Positions 29,416 through 33,161 of a DNA stretch of 33,161 nt are shown here, piece after piece. How positions within the stretch are numbered: position 1 is the first letter of the stretch; each line of letters opens with the position of its first letter. This DNA comes from Candidatus Woesearchaeota archaeon (GTDB taxonomy: Archaea > Nanobdellota > Nanobdellia > SCGC-AAA011-G17 > GW2011-AR18), in assembly GCA_964616675.1 (NCBI GenBank), contig CAZTRI010000027.1, forward strand, positions 1-33,161, written 5' to 3'. The translations under genes were made by a program, and so were the position numbers. Below the pieces are notes generated by a model. The model did not search any database and was not told the DNA's origin. It worked only from the letters and a program-made list of their open reading frames with translations.

Positions 29416-31564
29416 GTCCTTTTCTTTGTTTAATTCCTCTAACGACTTTCTCTTGTAATTCAAATGGCAGTTTCTCAAATACCTGATCTACTATATAAAA
29501 ATGACCACGGCCACCTGTACTTGATCTTAATTCACTTGAAATTCCAAACATTTCTGCAACAGGCATCTTACACCTTGTACTCATGTGATCTCCTTCCTGT
29601 GTCATGTCAAGCAATTGTCCTCGTTTATTAGCAATTAATTTTGAAATAGTTCCTAAATATTCTGCTGGAGCTTCTATCTGCAACACTTGTAAAGGTTCAA
29701 AAATAACAGCACCACCTGCTACCATTGCTTCCCTCATTGCTTCTCTTATTGCAGGTAATACTTGTGAAGGGCCCCTATGAATAGCATCTTCATGCAACTT
29801 ACAATCATGTAACCTTACCAGCATTTTTATGCAAGGTTCTCTTGCCAATGGTCCTGCATCAATAACCTGTTCAAAACCATCCATTACTAATTCAATTACT
29901 TCACCAACATGAACTACTCCAGATGTATTATCAACTAAAACACAACCTTTATAGATGTCTCTCCAGTCTTTGGATTCTCTTGAATCAAGACCCATAGATA
30001 ACAGTTTATCTGTAACTACTTTGTCTTTTTTCTTTATTCTTATCTCAGGGAGCTCACTAGATTTTATTGCTTCGGAAAATTTATCGTCTAAAGGTTCAAC
30101 TGTAATGTAAAACTTATTGTGTTTATTTGGAGATTTTCCTTCCATCTCAGGGGACAACTTATTTACTGCTTCCCTGTAAACTACAATAGGTGGTGAAGTC
30201 TGAACTTCTAGTCCTTTTTCTTTTCTGATTCTTTCTTCTACAACTTCTAAATGAAGTTCTCCCATACCAGAAATTAAGTTTTCTCCTGTCTCTTCATTAA
30301 TTTCTATTCTTATTCCAGGATCTTCTTTGTTTACTTGTTTTAATACTTCAATTAATTTAGGTAAATCACTTGCTCTTTTAGCTTCAATTGATTTTGTAAT
30401 TACAGGCTCAAAAATATGTTTAATACTTTCAAATGGCTCTATTGGAGTTTCGGAAATTGTTTCACCTGCAAATGTGTTCTTCAATCCAACTAAACCAACA
30501 ATGTTTCCGGCAGGAATATCATCTACCTGTACTCTTTGTGCACCTTTGTAAATAGATACTTGCTGTAATCTAACATATTTCTTACTCATATTAAGATAAA
30601 CATTTTTTCCTTGAGATAATGTTCCTGAGAATAAACGACCTGTTGCAATTTCACCTGCATGTTTGTCAACAACAATCTTTGTAACAACAAAACATATTTG
30701 ACCTTCTGGGTTACATGATTGCAAATCTTTTCCATCTTTACTTTCAAGATCCCCATGCCATAGCTTTGGAATTCTATATGATTGTGCTTGAACTGGATTT
30801 GGATGATGTTTGATAGACATGTCAAGAACTATCTCATGTATTGGTGCTTTCTTTGCTAATTCTTTGAAGTTATCTCTTTCATAAGCGTCAATAACATCTT
30901 TGAATGTAATTCCTTTTTTCTGCATGTATGGAATTGATAATGCCCAGTTGTGGAATGCACTACCAAATGCAACAGAACCATCTTGTACATTAATGTGCCA
31001 TTTTGTTTTGAATTCTTCTGGAGCAATGCTTGTTATGAATATATTAACCTCTGCAATTATTTTTACAAACTTTTCCTGCATCTGCTCTGGAGTAAGTTTA
31101 AGTTCCCTGATTAATCTATCAACTTTGTTGATAAATAAAACTGGTTTTACTCTTTCTCTTAATGATTGTCTTAGAACTGTTTCTGTTTGTGGCATTATTC
31201 CTTCAACACAATCGATTAAAACAACAGAACCATCAACAGCCCTCATTGCTCTTGTAACTTCACCACCAAAATCAACATGACCTGGTGTATCAATTAAATT
31301 AATAAGAAAATCTTCTCCATTTACGTGATGTACCATGGATACTGCAGCTGAATCAATTGTAATTCCTCTTTGCTGTTCATCTTCATGAAAATCTAATGCT
31401 CTCTGCTTACCTGCTAATTCTTCAGACAACATACCTGCACCTGAAAGAAGATTATCACTAAATGTTGTCTTTCCATGATCTATATGAGCACAAATAGCAA
31501 TATTTCTTATCTGAGTAGGTTTAGACATTACCTTGATTACTTGTTCTGCTAATTTATCAGCCAT
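29408..31564 (-). CDS. fusA: Translation elongation factor 2 (aEF-2)
   Basis: G1 AHIDHGKTT, G3 DTPGHVDF, G4 NKVDR, diphthamide-site region HEDAIHRGPSQ. Confidence 0.97.
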   Translation of the reverse strand: MADKLAEQVIKVMSKPTQIRNIAICAHIDHGKTTFSDNLLSGAGMLSEELAGKQRALDFHEDEQQRGITIDSAAVSMVHHVNGEDFLINLIDTPGHVDFGGEVTRAMRAVDGSVVLIDCVEGIMPQTETVLRQSLRERVKPVLFINKVDRLIRELKLTPEQMQEKFVKIIAEVNIFITSIAPEEFKTKWHINVQDGSVAFGSAFHNWALSIPYMQKKGITFKDVIDAYERDNFKELAKKAPIHEIVLDMSIKHHPNPVQAQSYRIPKLWHGDLESKDGKDLQSCNPEGQICFVVTKIVVDKHAGEIATGRLFSGTLSQGKNVYLNMSKKYVRLQQVSIYKGAQRVQVDDIPAGNIVGLVGLKNTFAGETISETPIEPFESIKHIFEPVITKSIEAKRASDLPKLIEVLKQVNKEDPGIRIEINEETGENLISGMGELHLEVVEERIRKEKGLEVQTSPPIVVYREAVNKLSPEMEGKSPNKHNKFYITVEPLDDKFSEAIKSSELPEIRIKKKDKVVTDKLLSMGLDSRESKDWRDIYKGCVLVDNTSGVVHVGEVIELVMDGFEQVIDAGPLAREPCIKMLVRLHDCKLHEDAIHRGPSQVLPAIREAMREAMVAGGAVIFEPLQVLQIEAPAEYLGTISKLIANKRGQLLDMTQEGDHMSTRCKMPVAEMFGISSELRSSTGGRGHFYIVDQVFEKLPFELQEKVVRGIKQRKGLN

Positions 31565-31742
31565 AGAATCTGCACTTCATATTTTGTTTATAAGCGTTTT
31601 GGTATTATAATTGGTATTAAGCGTGTTTACTTCATTTTTATATTTTTTAATATAAATAATTTATATTGATTTTGAAATACAGAATCATGAGGAAATATCA
31701 AAGTACAAAAACTTTATTTAGTAGTGTAATCAATTAGTTAAT

Positions 31743-32699
31743 ATGGAGGGAGAAGAAAAGAAAGGGATTTCAATAAGGATTAGATTTATACATATTTTAG
31801 TAATTTTTTTTATCGTGTCACTTGTTTTTAACATATTTTTAGTTTTAAAACTAGATAATGTGAAAGCAAATTCTAAATTTAATTTTATTGACCCATTAGC
31901 TGTAAAAGTTGGAGATTCAAATCAACAGGAAGCAAAACTAGTTGTCCACTATTTTGAGTTAAAACAAAGAATAGAATCATACATGAATCAGAATAGCAAT
32001 AAGGAGGATGTTGGTATTTTTATTCAAGATATTAAAACAGGTGCTTGGATGGGTATAAATGAAAAAGCAGATTTTTTTCCAGCTAGTCTGTGGAAAGTAC
32101 CAATAGCAATTGCCATATTCAAAAAGGTTGAATCTGGAAAGATAAAACTTACAGATAGTATAGAAATTCTCTCTTATGATCTTGATGATAAATCTGGAAA
32201 TTTATACAAAAGAGGCGCAGGAACAAAATTAACTGTGATGGAACTAGTAAAAGAGATGCTTATTTTTTCAGATAATACTGCAAAGAATTCTTTGAAAAGA
32301 AATTTATCAGATCGTGAAATTAATGATGTATTTGCACATGCTGGTATACCTAATCCCTATATTGAAAAAAATATTGGAGTGAGCCCAAGAGGTTATATAA
32401 GGTTTTTTAAGGTTTTATATTTCTCCACATACCTTTTACCTGAATCATCTGAGCAAATCCTTGCTTTACTTTCAGACTCAAAAAATGAGAGTTCACTCAC
32501 TATTGGTATCCCTCCGGAAATAAAAATTGCACATAAGTTTGGTGAAAGTCCTTATGGGTTCCATGATTGTGCTATTGTATATCATCCAAATAATTCTTAT
32601 TTCATTTGCATTATGACTAAAGAAATGGATCTTTTAAGTTCACAAAAATTAATTTTAACAGTATCAAAAGAAACATTCAACTTTGTCGACAAAAGATAA
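31743..32699 (+). CDS. Membrane-anchored serine hydrolase, class A beta-lactamase-like (Beta-lactamase2-type)
   Basis: N-terminal TM FIHILVIFFIVSLVFNIFLVL. SxxK motif ASLWK, SDN motif FSDN, and a KTG-like HKFGE, in the canonical order and spacing. Confidence 0.7.
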   Translation: MEGEEKKGISIRIRFIHILVIFFIVSLVFNIFLVLKLDNVKANSKFNFIDPLAVKVGDSNQQEAKLVVHYFELKQRIESYMNQNSNKEDVGIFIQDIKTGAWMGINEKADFFPASLWKVPIAIAIFKKVESGKIKLTDSIEILSYDLDDKSGNLYKRGAGTKLTVMELVKEMLIFSDNTAKNSLKRNLSDREINDVFAHAGIPNPYIEKNIGVSPRGYIRFFKVLYFSTYLLPESSEQILALLSDSKNESSLTIGIPPEIKIAHKFGESPYGFHDCAIVYHPNNSYFICIMTKEMDLLSSQKLILTVSKETFNFVDKR

Positions 32700-32734
32700 T
32701 CTCAAGAATTTACAATTTTATTTGTAAAAGTTTT

Positions 32735-32884
32735 TTATTTTTTTATAATTGGCTTTTCACCTAAATGTTTTTTCAGAATATGATGTTCTAATGATTTTGT
32801 TGATTTTTTGCAGTAAGGACATTTTCCAACTGTTGTTTTCTCAATATATTTAGCTGGATTTTTCCATCCTCTTTTTTCTGTCAT
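32735..32884 (-). CDS. Small (49 aa) C2H2-like zinc-finger protein, not in the supplied ORF track
   Basis: My translation of the minus strand is MTEKRGWKNPAKYIEKTTVGKCPYCKKSTKSLEHHILKKHLGEKPIIKK*. It shows CxxC-x8-HH-x4-H spacing and ends in a TAA stop at 32735-32737. Confidence 0.4.
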   Translation of the reverse strand: MTEKRGWKNPAKYIEKTTVGKCPYCKKSTKSLEHHILKKHLGEKPIIKK

Positions 32885-32951
32885 AACTTAATTTAGTTTT
32901 TATTTAGTTATAAAGTTTTTGGAAGGGATATTTTTCTTATTATACAATTGT

Positions 32952-33161
32952 TCAGGATTTAATCTTAATTTCTTTTACAGTTCCAAAATCAAGAATTTCA
33001 TCCCCTACGACATAAACTTTAAAATTTTTAATCTTATTCTGCAAAAAAGGACTCAAAAATTCTCCATCAAGGACATTAGTTCCTTCAGTAATTAAATTAA
33101 TAGAGGGCATTACTACAAGATTTTTGTGTTTCCATTTTCCAACTAAAAAACACTTATACTT
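32952..33161 (-). CDS. 3' end of a CDS whose start lies beyond the window end
   Basis: Minus strand is open from the window edge to TGA at 32952-32954. Translation: KYKCFLVGKWKHKNLVVMPSINLITEGTNVLDGEFLSPFLQNKIKNFKVYVVGDEILDFGTVKEIKIKS*. Product not identifiable. Confidence 0.4.
   Translation of the reverse strand, partial: KYKCFLVGKWKHKNLVVMPSINLITEGTNVLDGEFLSPFLQNKIKNFKVYVVGDEILDFGTVKEIKIKS

Noticed and set aside
28176-31280. Track ORFs 28176-28424, 30327-30551, 30586-30825 and 30900-31280
   Set aside because: They lie opposite or out of frame within the DEAD-box helicase and EF-2 genes, which carry complete motif sets.

Overview
AT-rich, very gene-dense chromosomal segment that reads as archaeal. 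It carries aEF-2, RNA polymerase subunit E' (Rpo7), Spt4, ribosomal proteins S24e and S27ae, TrmY and an intron-containing tRNA-Trp. Alongside these sit bacterial-type DNA gyrase (gyrB/gyrA with a GyrA box), SMC, PurA, a DEAD-box helicase and a MacB-type ABC transporter. The streamlined layout (4-nt start/stop overlaps, convergent genes abutting or overlapping, few Shine-Dalgarno sites) plus gyrase suggests a DPANN-like archaeon; that assignment is inference only. I support about 36 CDS (two truncated at the window edges, one small CDS absent from the ORF track) and one tRNA. I found no rRNA, CRISPR array, transposase or integrase. The candidates most worth follow-up, in order: (1) a 323-aa protein fusing an orotate-phosphoribosyltransferase-like domain to a bacterial DnaA domain-IV DNA-binding module; (2) a 132-aa unknown ORF translationally coupled between gyrB and gyrA; (3) a block of large secreted Ig-like/PKD surface proteins with distinct composition, two of which share an unusual G5-N9-start leader and a tail motif; (4) a MacB-like ABC operon with a surface-anchored Ig-like protein wedged between ATPase and permease; (5) a structured 63-nt intron in tRNA-Trp; (6) a membrane-anchored class-A beta-lactamase-like hydrolase. 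All family assignments come from motif recognition by eye. No searches were run.
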